A stretch of 36,075 bases of DNA from Macrostomum lignano. Lineage: Eukaryota. The DNA is taken from contig NIVC01003023.1 of NCBI GenBank assembly GCA_002269645.1, positions 1 through 36,075 on the forward strand, written 5' to 3'. The notes under the pieces were generated by a model. It searched no databases and was not told the DNA's origin. It saw only the letters and a list, made by a program, of their open reading frames with translations. A program made the translations under genes and the position numbers. Shown here piece by piece: positions 1 through 11,285 of this stretch; position 1 is the first letter of the stretch, and each line of letters opens with the position of its first letter.

Positions 1-1159
1 GAGTCGTGCATCTCCTCGAGCTCGCGTTGAAGCTCTTCAACTTCCTCTTTGAGTTGGTCATTCTCTTCGGTCAGCTCGCGGCACAGATCCTCGAGCTCGC
101 GAGCTCGACCTTCGAAGTCATCGAAGTCGGCAGCCGCCGGTCGCTGCTCGGATTCGGGAAGTCGAAGACGCTCTCTGTAGCAGCGGACCTCCTGCTCGAG
201 CTGGGGAATTCGCTTCTCAAGTGTTGAGCCCCTGAAATCGACAGGATTGTGCGTGAGACATCACAAGCTACATCACAGGCTTCAACAGTTGTTACTTTAA
301 AACCGATGTCTTTGAGTCTAGACTCACCTGGTCTTACAACTATCCAACTCCCTCTCCAGATCCTCAATATCGCCCAGCCTCTCCTCCAATTGAGCGTCCA
401 GAAGCTGTTTGTCTCTGCACAGCACCGCGTACTTGTCCTCCAGCTCGAACAAGTCGCTCTCCAGCTCCTCGACGTATTTGTCGTCAAGGTTACCGGCAGC
501 GCTTCGACCTCCACCAGCTGAGCGGCCGGAGCCGCAGGAGCGAAGGCTCTCCTTGCTGGCTGAACGAGACCGACTGATAGCTGCGATAGTTCGTTGGGGG
601 GGGGGGGGGAGGGGGTTGGCAAAGTCAGCTACATGTGTATATAACATTCGTTTGTAGAGAGCTAGGGTTAGGGCAAGGGTAGGGTTTGAATTCACTTGAC
701 TAACGCGTTTATAACCGTATCGTGCTGTCAGGTAATTTCATAAAAATGAGTCAAGGTCAGCAGACCCTCTAGAATCGGGGTCAAGAAGATCAGTTGAATG
801 TGGGGGTCAAAGAGGCTATAATCCAGTTCGCATCGCTCACAATCCCTGCCGAAGCCCCTGGCGCCTCCTTCCTCTTCTCTTTCCTTTCGTTTCGATTCTG
901 GCGTCGCCGCAGACGCCGCAGCAGCGCGACGCGACATTCCGCTAGACGACGACGTTCGCGACGATCTCGGCGACGATGTCGACCCGCCACTTGCCGCGAC
1001 TGCCGCAGCAGCTGCCGAAGTAGTGCCGGTCGCGCCGTGCTGCGATTTCGTCCGATGGCAGCTGCGGCACAAGCTCCGCCTGACTGGCTGGGGCTCGAAC
1101 CCGGGGCATGCATCCTTGCCGACGCCGCCTCGTCTGCTGGCTTCTAGATCCTCAGCCAT
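1..1159 (-). CDS. Long coiled-coil protein, probably SOGA/MTCL1-like, with N-terminal C3H zinc-finger-like motif; 3' part off window. Exons 841..1159, 328..628, <1..231
   Basis: ATG at 1159. GT-AG introns 629..840 (donor GTGAGC, phase 1) and 232..327 (donor GTGAGT, phase 2) join three open exons in one frame. The protein reads MAEDLE..CPGFEPQPVRRSLCRSCHRTKSQH..DDKYVEELESDLFELEDKY..GSTLEKRIPQLEQEVRCYRE..LCRELTEENDQLKEEVEELQRELEEMHD. The last segment resembles the SOGA-family motif ENxxLKxEIEELRxEMxEMRD (recalled, not searched). Confidence 0.8.
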
Positions 1160-2325
1160 GTCCTCCGGTGCGCGGGTGAATCATTGCCTAGAAAATTTGG
1201 GAAGAGGGGGGTTTTAACATGCTGCTACACGTGTGCCTCTGGGCCTGGGGATGGGAGAAGCAATGCTTTCCTTATCTATCTCTTCCCCTTCCGCTCCTTC
1301 TCCCCTCCGTCCTCTCTGACCCGGAAACCTCCTGCAGTCAACCACCCGAACGTCCAGCACCGCATCCATTGGAGAGTGCGGACCGCGGAGGCTCCAGTGG
1401 AAAATATTATTGGTCTCTCGCCTCGGCTTTTTGGCCGCAGAAGACGAACGAACAGCCAGTCCGTTTGCCATTCGGTAGGCTAGAGGACCAAGGACTCCTA
1501 TAGCGCTACCCAGCACTGGACTGGACTGGAAGCGAACAGAGGGGAAAGGCCCGTTTTTTTTGCTTTTACGCTGAAGAGATGTAGCGATAAGCCGGTAAAA
1601 AAGTGCGAATACACTATCTCCACGGACGAATTCAGCTAAAAAGTTTTATCCAGCAAAGCTAGATGCATTGCGTAATAAATAAAGCATTTTCTTGAAAGAA
1701 GTTTCACGTAGCACTTTTTCCAAAAAAGAAATCGGTTTGCCGTTTTTCAAGCTTTCATTAATCGTAGCTTTTCCGAACGAAATGAAACAGGTCTCATGGT
1801 TTGTCTGCCAGTTTCTTCTATGTGTAAAAACCTTCAGGGGATTATTACAGACTGGTTTCCAGTCCACACAGAAAAGTTTTAGCAGTCCCTGGTTCAGACG
1901 AAGCATACCCAACTGTGCACCTGCAGCATCCACTCTGCACCGTGGGATCTGTCTCCGCCCAACCCCAATCTGGGCGAGCCTTTTTTCTGATTGTCGATAT
2001 TGAATTCTGCACTTGAATGGGGTATACTGTCCCAAGGTTGGCTCGCAGACTTTCTATGCGGCCCGCACCTTTATTGCAACTTCATTGTTTCTCCCACAAA
2101 AGTTTTGTGCACTAAAATGGGGAATTTCTTTCCTCAATTGCCAACTTCAATGACAAATTAGTAATGAGACACGAACTGATCGTGTAAGTGGCTGTTTACA
2201 AACTCTAGAAGACAGACTGCACATAAGTTCCAACTTTCGAATAGAATAGAAATAGGGGAACTGGCGGCGAAGGAAAGTGAGGTGGTGGCGGGCCAACAAC
2301 GGGAGTACAAATGTAGTAACTTAGT

Positions 2326-2517
2326 AAGACCCAGGGGCGGATTCTGGAGGGTAAAGACGCAGGGGGCGGATTCTGGAGGGTAAAGACCTAGGGGGCGGAT
2401 TCTGGAGGGTAAAGACCCAGTGGAGCAGATACTGGAGGGTAAAGACCCAGGGGGCTGATTCTGGAGGGTAAAAAACCAGGGGCGGATTCAGGAGGGTAAA
2501 GACCCAGGGTAAAGACC
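2326..2517. repeat. Minisatellite, ~29-bp unit (CAGGGGGCGGATTCTGGAGGGTAAAGACC), ~6 copies
   Basis: The GAT(T/A)C core recurs at 2340, 2369, 2398, 2428, 2457 and 2485. Confidence 0.9.
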
Positions 2518-2705
2518 TCTCTCATCTCACCCAGTCCACAACCTTGAGCTGGATTCTTCACCTTGCCTTTGACCCCTGTTCTATATATACAAGAAAGCAG
2601 GGGCGTCGCGCCATGGATTTCATGGTAGAGGGGGACAAAACCAAGAATTCAACAAAGTATACATGTACATGACTAAATTCCTACATTTCTATTTGCTTGT
2701 TGTCA

Positions 2706-2805
2706 GCGCTCATTTTGGCGCCGCAGGTACTCATTTTGGCGCCGCAAGCACTCATTTTGGCGCCGCAAGCACTCATTTTGGCGCCGGAGGCGCTATATTT
2801 TAGCG
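2706..2805. repeat. 21-bp tandem repeat (CTCATTTTGGCGCCGCAAGCA), 4 copies plus 1 degenerate
   Basis: TCATTTTGGCGCC at 2710, 2731, 2752 and 2773. Confidence 0.9.
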
Positions 2806-4077
2806 CCCTGAAGAAAAATTATTGATTACCACAACGTGACACAAGCTGGGGTGGGGGGACAAAGCGGGAGGACCTTTTTTTAAACTGAGCAGGTGAATTG
2901 CCACGTGATCTTTGTGATCACGGGTTGGGGCTTTCATGTATGTCACACTTTAGCCTTTCTTGTGGTTGTGACCGTTATTGATGTGCCCAGAAGAAGGCAG
3001 GCTTACGTGTACACCGTGTTTACAAGGTTAACATATACCAACCAACACGTGCAGACTTAATTTAAGGCTATTTAACGGAAAGGTCAGGTGATTTAGCTAT
3101 TTTTCTCAGATTTCGACCTAATTTAAATATTGATCATATCAGAGAAAGCGAGGCTTGAAACTTCACAAGCTCGAAACTTCATGAGTGTCATGAAGTTTCT
3201 GGCCAAGAAGCACTATGCCGTTGTACTCGATCAAAGCGAGGTTAATAGCGAAAACAATGCATCATTGACAGACTGAAGTGCATATAGGGATTTTTCTAGT
3301 ACTTGCAGCAGAACTGCTGCAAACCATTTTCAATAGCAGTGCAGTTAGCGTTTTTTAACCAACTTTTTGAAACTTCACCAAATCTAACCCAAGAAAACAA
3401 GAAATAATTGCTTCTAGGGGAAAGAAGAGAGCAGGACATGATGGACTTTCCTGCTTCTATATGCAGCTGCTTCACTTTTTGCTATTTTTTCAGAGAATAA
3501 GCCACACTTAGGATCCAGGATTCCAATTTCAAACCCGCTGCATGTCTCCTTGCACGTGTTGTTCGAACAATATAGGCAGAAAAGTTGAAGGGAACAACGG
3601 GAATGAGGATATTCGGAAGTCAGCGGCGTCCATCTGTCAGTAAGCCTATCTCCCTCACTCTATCTGCAAAGCGTGTATCTTACCTTATATGCATTCTTTC
3701 AAGGCTTCAGTATTGACATTTGGGCGTACATGTACATGTTCATGTATGGTATGCCAGCTGGGTGAAGGTGCAAAAGAAGAGGGTGAGAGAAAAGGAGAGG
3801 AGACACGACACGATGAAGGTTACAAACAGGGGGAGAGATATATCAGACATAGCCATTGAAAGTTGAAGTTCTTTTTATTGCCTTTCATTACTTTGTGTCG
3901 CTACATGTATTTGCCTCGAGTGAGTTGCATTCAGAAGCTCGTAACTTCAAATGATCGAATTTTTGCGGGTACATCATCGTGTTATTGCGAGTTATGCGTG
4001 AGCTCGCGAATAAAAGTTGTAAAATTTCGAGCTAATGAAACGCTTTACTTCGCTCAGCGTGGCGCTTTCATAGACAC

Positions 4078-4166
4078 GAAATTTCACGAAACTGAAATTT
4101 AACGAACCCGAAATTTTACAAAGCCGAAATTTCACGAACCCGAAATTTCACGAACCCGAAATTTCA
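4078..4166. repeat. 16-bp tandem repeat (GAAATTTCACGAACCC), 6 copies
   Basis: GAAATTT at 4078, 4094, 4110, 4126, 4142 and 4158. Confidence 0.85.
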
Positions 4167-6119
4167 TTTCAGGCTTGAAATTTCTGGCTTATGAAAGACA
4201 GCGTCTTTCGACATTCGGGTGAAAATTCGGATTAGTGAAAGGACCCTCACCCGCTCAGCATCGCATGTGCGTACACTCCTGATACTACTTATTAGTATTC
4301 AATAGACGAGTTCGTTTTATACAGAGACACGGCATCCAGGGATTGTTCAATGCAGTTTTGAACAGATTTTCTGCCCGTGTACGCTCGTACATTGCACAAG
4401 CTAAGTCGTAATTGCCCGCTCTGACAAACTTGATAATATGACATTATTTTAAAATGCGCACGCATACAATGTTAGCTTTTTCAGCACCAAAAAGCATATT
4501 AGTTTAGTTTAATTGGAGGCGGTTGGGGTTGGTTGTATTATTGCAATATTATCAGGCACTGATATGGGTGCAAGCGCAGACCCTCACTGTGCTTGGCCTG
4601 TCCTGATAAGGGAAAGCGGCGGGCTCCGAATATAATAATACAGACCCCTTGTTATTTTTGGTAATTGGCTGAGTGCTGCAGTTGAATTATTTATCTATCC
4701 TATCGATTTAGCCCCAGACTGAGGGAAAACAAGTTCGGAGCTTGTTTAGCCAAAAGCAGTCAGGCGACCGGGTGCAAGTAAAAATGCTCGTCGTGTGTCT
4801 AAATTTATTGTTATTATTCACCGTTTAAAGAACGTGTCTTAACATTTTTATGTGTATTTGTTTTGTTAGCTTCCAGACTTTATTGGCTGCTCCACTCTAA
4901 ATTTTCTAGCTTTTAATACCGCTTTTCGTATTTCAGTGTGTGTCACTCAAATTACAAACAACACGAAAGCACTAAGTATAAGCTTGCATTGCACTATCTT
5001 CTTTTACTAGACAGTAATTGGCCCAAGTTGGTTTTCTTTCTTGCGGTTTTTGCTGCATAAAGCAAAGAGGCGGGTGCACAGGTTTACGCTCGAAGGCTAA
5101 GCTAGGATCTTACGTGAAGCCCATTTGCCCCAGCTGGAACATCTGTTTGCACATATAATCTCCCATTTCTTTTTTCTGTCCCATTAAACGTCTCTTTGTT
5201 TGGGCTTGGCTTTGGCGGCTTTAGCGATTAGAGCCAGGGAAAGCCAAGTTTAGACGAGGTTAAACGAACCGCAGCTAGCAGTCACATATTATTTCAATTC
5301 GTTAGCTTCGGTTGCAATGTAAATTTAGATAAGCCGCACAGGCACAAATCAACAAGGGCTAGGGCGTATTTTCAGTCGTCTGTCGGTTCACAATTATAAA
5401 GATTTGCTTCGCACCAGGACTCAGGGGTGCAAACAAGTAGAAAGTTCAGCAACCTAATGATTGTCAAATGCTAATTGTAGTCGCAGCACGCTAATTAAAA
5501 GCATAGGCTAAGCTATCTGGCATGTGATGTGTCCATGTGTTCTTTTGGCCGAGTCTCGAACTCCGAATCGTCCCATCGCTAATTTTCTACACTGGGCCGT
5601 GTAGTTCTACTTATAGTAGGCCAATCTATGGTAATAAGCACTTGTGGCAATTAGTCATACAAAAATGTGCCGTTTTTGCCTATTATTAGTAAATGACGCA
5701 AAAGAAACTAAATTTGTGTTTACCAAAGCATAGCGCTGAGGTGACCTTACCAGCTGATAGCATTGGATATTCATTTTGTTGCTTTAACACTGAAATAATC
5801 ACGAAATTACAACAAAAATATACATGGATTTTTCTAACTAGATTCACTTGTCTGTCTGTTGTCGGCGCCTTCTCCAGACAGGCGGCGGGCCTCAACCCAC
5901 ACTGCACCCGCCTTCCCCAAGCCATCGATCTCAGTCTGTCTCGTAACTGGCTGGCAAAAATATCAGCCACCCCTATTCCAGTCCTCTCTGCCCGTCTCTG
6001 GCCAGACCGCCCACCCCACTTACCCCACCCAGCGCCCCCAACAAGTCTAGGCGAGTGCACGCTTATATTACAGAGCGTATTGTGCGGCCTGAAGTCAGGA
6101 GAGAAGTCTAAATCTAAAG

Positions 6120-6126
6120 GTAAGAG
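6120..6126 (+). promoter_or_regulatory. Probable splice donor of a non-coding 5'-UTR exon of the Ski gene
   Basis: AAAG|GTAAGAG is a strong consensus donor 260 bp upstream of the Ski ATG. The matching acceptor was not identified. Confidence 0.45.
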
Positions 6127-6379
6127 AGACTAGACGGGCTTAACATATAAGGCTTAGTGGCCCGCTGTCATAGCAAAACCCCCGCAGCCCTTTAATCCGC
6201 TTCCCCATATTTTCTGCCCTTGTCCTCCACTATTTTGCCCCTTTGAATTGTTTTCTAAAAGCTCTTTCCAAGAGCTGCCGCTTCTTTTTTCAAAACTGAA
6301 ACAAGTGCTGTTTGTTCGTTAATTTTGAAAACGAACTGTGTAACTGTAAGAGTCAGAAGACCAGCAGAAGAAACTGATA

Positions 6380-7698
6380 ATGAACTCATCGGTCCCAGGC
6401 AGCTTCAACCTAATCGCACAGGCAGCCTCGCTGTCCATGCTGCAGACGATGCAGGGTTACGCCGCCGCGGCAGCCTCCATGAGACCTGGCAGCATGCCGC
6501 CAACTCCGAACTACTACTTACCCAGCATCGCCATGCCTCAGCTCCGTCTGCCGCCGCAGCAGACTGTGGCGCCAACTGGAAGCATACTCAACGCCAGACT
6601 ATTAGGTGCGTCGCAACCTTCGCCGACAACTCAGTTTTCGTGTGTCGACTCTCGTCAGCCGCCAGCCGCTCATTCGTCTATGGTCCCGTTGCCAGGCAGC
6701 AGCAATGGCAGGCAGCAATCATCGGAAGCTGAGAGCAGCCATCGACATGTTCATCCTAGTCAACACAATCGCCCGGCAGCTGCACCAGCTCCGCCGAGCC
6801 AATTAACAGGCGAACTGGTGGAGACAACGCTCGAAGGCAAGTCAATTTTTGCATTCGACGTTGGTGGCGAGAAGCGACTGTGCCTGCCGCAGGTGCTCAA
6901 CAAAGTGCTGCTATGCGCTGGCGCCACCCTAACTGACATCAATCGAGTGTGCGAGGATCTCAACATCTTCTGCGACAGATGCAACAGCCAGCAGATGAGC
7001 GTTCTTAAGGAGCGAAAAGTGTTCGGCCCGGTGCTGGAGAGCTGCGGCCTCATCACCAAGTCCAACGCCGAACGACTTTGCAAAGCCTTGCTGAACAGCG
7101 AGCTGCCGAAATTCCGCGGCAGCCCCACGGACGAGGACGGCATCGGGGTTTATCACACCTGCTTCGGGAAGCAGCGCGGCTTCCTCATACCACGCCTGTA
7201 CACCAGTCCGGACGCTCCGTGCATCTTGTGCAACGGGCCCAATGGCTGCCAGGCGTTGCTCTCGCCTGCCCAGTTCGTTGGCCATGCGCACACCCGGCAG
7301 GAGCGGGAGACCTGCCACTGGGGCTTCGACTCGACCAAGTGGCGGCTCTACCTGCAGTTGGACAAGCGGCTGACCGACTCCGCCGCCGACGGTTGCTTGG
7401 CGGACAGCGAGCGCGCCTGCCTGGAGAAAGTGCTCGACGGCGTCAAGGCTAAATTTGATCGCAAGCGGCCCCAGGTGAGCATAGCTACTAGCTACGTTGA
7501 AGCATATTATGCAATATTACTTTCGCAACAACTGCCTTAGCAAGCTCACAACAGCAAAGTTTACGCTCGTAATCATGAAGTGGCATCAATTCAATTTTTC
7601 AATTTTCAGCAGCAGCAGTCAACATCCGGTACTGTCATTTCCGGCTGTCCAGACCCTGCCAAGCGCTACAAACTTGAGGCTAAACCTGTGGCAGACTT

Positions 7699-7737
<39 letters not shown>

Positions 7738-8938
7738 CACTACTGTCTCGAAATTTGTCGTCCCACTGCCGCCAGACGTCGCGACTGGGTTAGTTAATAA
7801 AATAATTGCAATTTACTGCAGCATCAAACTGCACACCCACGCAATTGCTTATGTCCTGCCTTGTCTGAAGCATCCGTATTTAAAAAGAAAAAACGATATA
7901 TATTTATCATTTAATTTTATTTTAGCGGCGCCAAACTGGCGCCTCCACATCTGAGGCCGGGAGCCGACAATGGTGCCGGCGCTGTACTGCTCAGCAGCAG
8001 CTCCAACTACCCAAAGAAGCTGGCTTCTCCGGTTGCCAACACTGAGCAGCAGCAGCGCCAGACTCATCGAGACTACACTCCGAATGTGCGCCTAGCTCCC
8101 GCTGCCGCTGTCAACAGGAGCTCCTCGCAAGTCTGCACACCGGCCGGGGCTGCAGCCGCCACAGCCGCAGTCAGCGCCGCGGTTGCCGCAGCTGCTGAAC
8201 GGATGGAAGAGGACGCCGCCAGTATTGAAGGTGAGTGAAGAGAAAAGCTCATTCGATTAGTAAGATCGATAAAAGTTTTTCGTCGCACCTAAATGTACGT
8301 CTCTTATCTTAACCCGACACCAACCCCACTCCAGCCTTTTGTAATGTACACTAGCCATCCTAATTCCTGCCCCCGCTCCGCACATCACGTGATTTCTACC
8401 ACGTGCGTACATTGTCTAGTCCGGCCCAATTATATATTGCTTGCCGCTGTCTAATCTAGCTATTTCAAATGTACTTTTCCTTTCCTTCGCAGAGACGATT
8501 GCCGCAGACTGGGAGTCTCTCACCGACTGGGGCGAGGGCCACCTACCAGAGAAGGCCACGCCGCAATTCCTGGCCATGGTTGAGAAAGTGAAAACCGGCT
8601 ACAGGAATCACATCGACTGTCTAGTTGGGCAGCTCAACCGGCTTCGCGGCCAGGCCTCCCGTGTTGTGCAGCTGGAGGCCGAGTCCGCCAAGATGCGGCG
8701 CCAGCTGGAGGAGCAGGGCTCGCCCGACGTGCGCCGGCTCCGGATGAAGTACACGGCACAGAAAGAAGAGCTGCGCAGCCTGGAAGAGGAGCGGGACAGC
8801 CTGAAACTGGCGCTGAGCGCCGCCGCAGCCGCTTCTGAGGCGAAGTCAACTCGGCCGGAAGCGCCGAGCTCCCCGCCTGCCCTTGAGATCGAGATCGAGA
8901 CCGCCACCGCCTCCTCTGCTACCGCCGCTGAGCAGTGA
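6380..8938 (+). CDS. SKI: Ski/SnoN family transcriptional co-repressor, 674 aa; exons 6380..7474, 7610..7788, 7926..8230, 8493..8938
   Basis: Ski/Sno (DHD) domain: ETTLEGKSIFAFDVGGEKRLCLPQVLN..CGLITKSNAERLCKALL, including RLCLPQVLN (6875..6901), the sequence of the SnoN D-box. SAND-like Smad4-binding domain: VYHTCFGKQRG..FVGHAH..TCHWGFDSTKWRLYL. Exon 3 has TPNVRLAP (cf. SKI APNVALAP). The C-terminal coil has RLRMKYTAQ (cf. SKI RLRAKYSAQ). Three GT-AG introns in phases 0, 2 and 1 give 2025 nt, an exact multiple of 3. Ski versus SnoN orthology is not resolvable here. Confidence 0.95.
7700..7735 (+). repeat. (CAG)12 encoding polyglutamine in Ski exon 2
   Basis: Twelve perfect CAG, in frame. Confidence 0.95.
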
Positions 8939-10410
8939 AGATTCTAATGGAGTTTCTTTCGTTGCCATCTTTTAACAAGCGATCGTTTGTTTTGTTTCTG
9001 TTGTCAGTAGAATTAATAATAAGTTGTTATATTATTTTTAACAGGCTTTGCGTCATCTCGGTACACACGACAGAGAAAGACAGAGACAGCCGTCTCAATG
9101 TTATCAGTACTATTATTGTTATTATTGTTTCACTTGTTTGCTATCCATGCGACGGGAGTATCATCATCATAACAATATTTTGTGAACCATTGTGCCCTAA
9201 AAATAATTCATCTAACTGCTTCTGCGACTTTGCTGTACATACAGACTGCAGGCACAGGAACCTAAGTTCTGAGGTACAATTTCACTGTCCTCTCCATTCT
9301 CGTGCAATAATAACAATAATTGATTTAATTCAATGCTTAAATCAAGTCAAGGAGTTCTCTCACCTGTACCAGTAATTGCCCAGCCATCTCCATATATTAA
9401 TTTTTCACTTGTTAATTAGCGCTTTTTCGCCGGTGATTCGCGTCGATCATATTATATTATTATTATTATTGATTATAAATGTGAATTGTTATTTTCTCCG
9501 CTTTGCTACACAGTTCGTATTATTTTGCCTAGATGTGGAAAGGTCCAAGAGTTCTGCCGGCTTAACACACTCTCTCTCCCTCTGTCCTTTGTTTCTTTGG
9601 GAAAGCAGCAAGCATTTCTGCCACTCTCAGTATCGGCCTCGCGTGTTATCTGCTTCAATACGCGAACTGCCTCTTCTGCTTTTTTCATCCGGGCAAAACT
9701 CCCTCCGAGATTTGTCACAGAATCCGGACTCCGCCCTTGAAGCAGAATCTGATAGCTTGCAGTCTTAACCCTCACAACCACCGCGTTCTCTACCAGCCTG
9801 CAGCCTCGAACTGAACGACCTTGGCTTAGTTTTAAGACATTTCCTCTCCCGGAGCCTTGCACAAACTTCCTTGCATTGCCCGCCCCCTCATTCTCTCAGG
9901 GCTCTTCTTTTCGATTGCACAAGCAGATTTTTCGCTTTAAACTTGAGAGCTGTTCACTTTTTTGGTATTTTTTGATCCGTAGAAAATTAACCCACCCCTG
10001 TAGCATTCATTCATTGTTAGCGTCATCGATTGCGCGCTGTTTTGATTGGCTGTCAGAAAGTTGAGCTATTGCGTTGATAAGTACACAGAACACCTTGGCG
10101 CGCAGCCTCAGTACCTGTCCATCAACTCCCCGTCTCCCATCTGTACATAACTGCAGCTATGGAAAGCAGAACTTCAGAGCTCCCACAAGTTGTTTTTTTC
10201 TATCTTTCTTGTTATTTAAATATCCATCGTGTTTTGCTATTCGAACTGCCTCGATGCCCGCTATTGTTGAATTATTTGTAAATATACCTGCTAGAGAGCA
10301 GTCCAAACAGATTGCATTGCGCTGTTTACTCACAGCTGCTGCAGGGCTGATCGTGTAACTTCTATATCGCGTAACCCACTGACTTTGTTTATTATGAGAA
10401 ATCGTCGTTC

Positions 10411-11285
10411 GGCATCCCATAGAATCAAAATGGCAATTCCAAAGATTCAAAATGGCATCCCATAGATTCAAAATGGCATCCCATAGATTCAAAATGGCAT
10501 CCCATAGAATCAAAAGGGCATCCCATAGATTTCAAAATAGCATCCCACAGATTTCATATGGCATCCCATAGAATCAAAATGGCATCCCATAGAATCAAAA
10601 GGCTTCCCATAGAATCAAAATGGCATCCCATAGAATCAAAATGGCATCCCATAGAATCAAAATGGCATCCCATAGAATCAAAATGGCATCCCATAGAGTT
10701 CAAAGTAGCATACCATAGAATCAAAATGGCATCCCATAGAATCAAAATGGCATCCCATAGAGTTCAAAGTAGCATTCCATAGAATCAAAATGGCATCCCC
10801 TAGAATCAAAAATGGCATCCCATAGAATCAAAATGGCATCCCATAAAATCAAAATGGCATCCCATAGAATCAAAATGGCATCCCATAGAATCAAAATGGC
10901 ATCCCATAGAATCAAAATGGCATCCCATAGAATCAAAATGGCATCCCATAGAATCAAAATGGCATCCCATAGAATCAAAATGGCATCCCATAGAATCAAA
11001 ATGGCATCCCATAGAGTTCAAAGTAGCATCCCATAGAATCAAAATGGCATCCCATAGAATCAAAATGGCATCCCATAGAATCAAAATGGCATCCCATAGA
11101 GTTCAAAGTAGCATCCCATAGAATCAAAATGGCATCCCATAGAATCAAAATGGCATCCCATAGAGTTCAAAGTAGCATCCCATAGAATCAAAATGGCATC
11201 CCATAGAATCAAAATGGCATCCCATAGAATCAAAATGGCATCCCATAGAGTTCAAAGTAGCATCCCATAGATAGATTCAAAATGG
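10411..11285. repeat. 21-bp minisatellite (ATGGCATCCCATAGAATCAAA), ~41 copies, with a recurring 22-bp variant
   Basis: Direct reading. The variant containing GAGTTCAAAGTAGC occurs at 10696, 10760, 11014, 11099, 11163 and 11248. Confidence 0.97.

Noticed and set aside
6606-8907. Alternative-frame and antisense ORFs over Ski (and 6..1147 over gene 1)
   Set aside because: They are shadows of GC-rich coding sequence with no independent motifs.
10157-11084. Repetitive ORFs (MASHRIK, ILILWDA and MGCHFDS repeats)
   Set aside because: They are artefacts of a 21-bp unit that is open in several frames on both strands.
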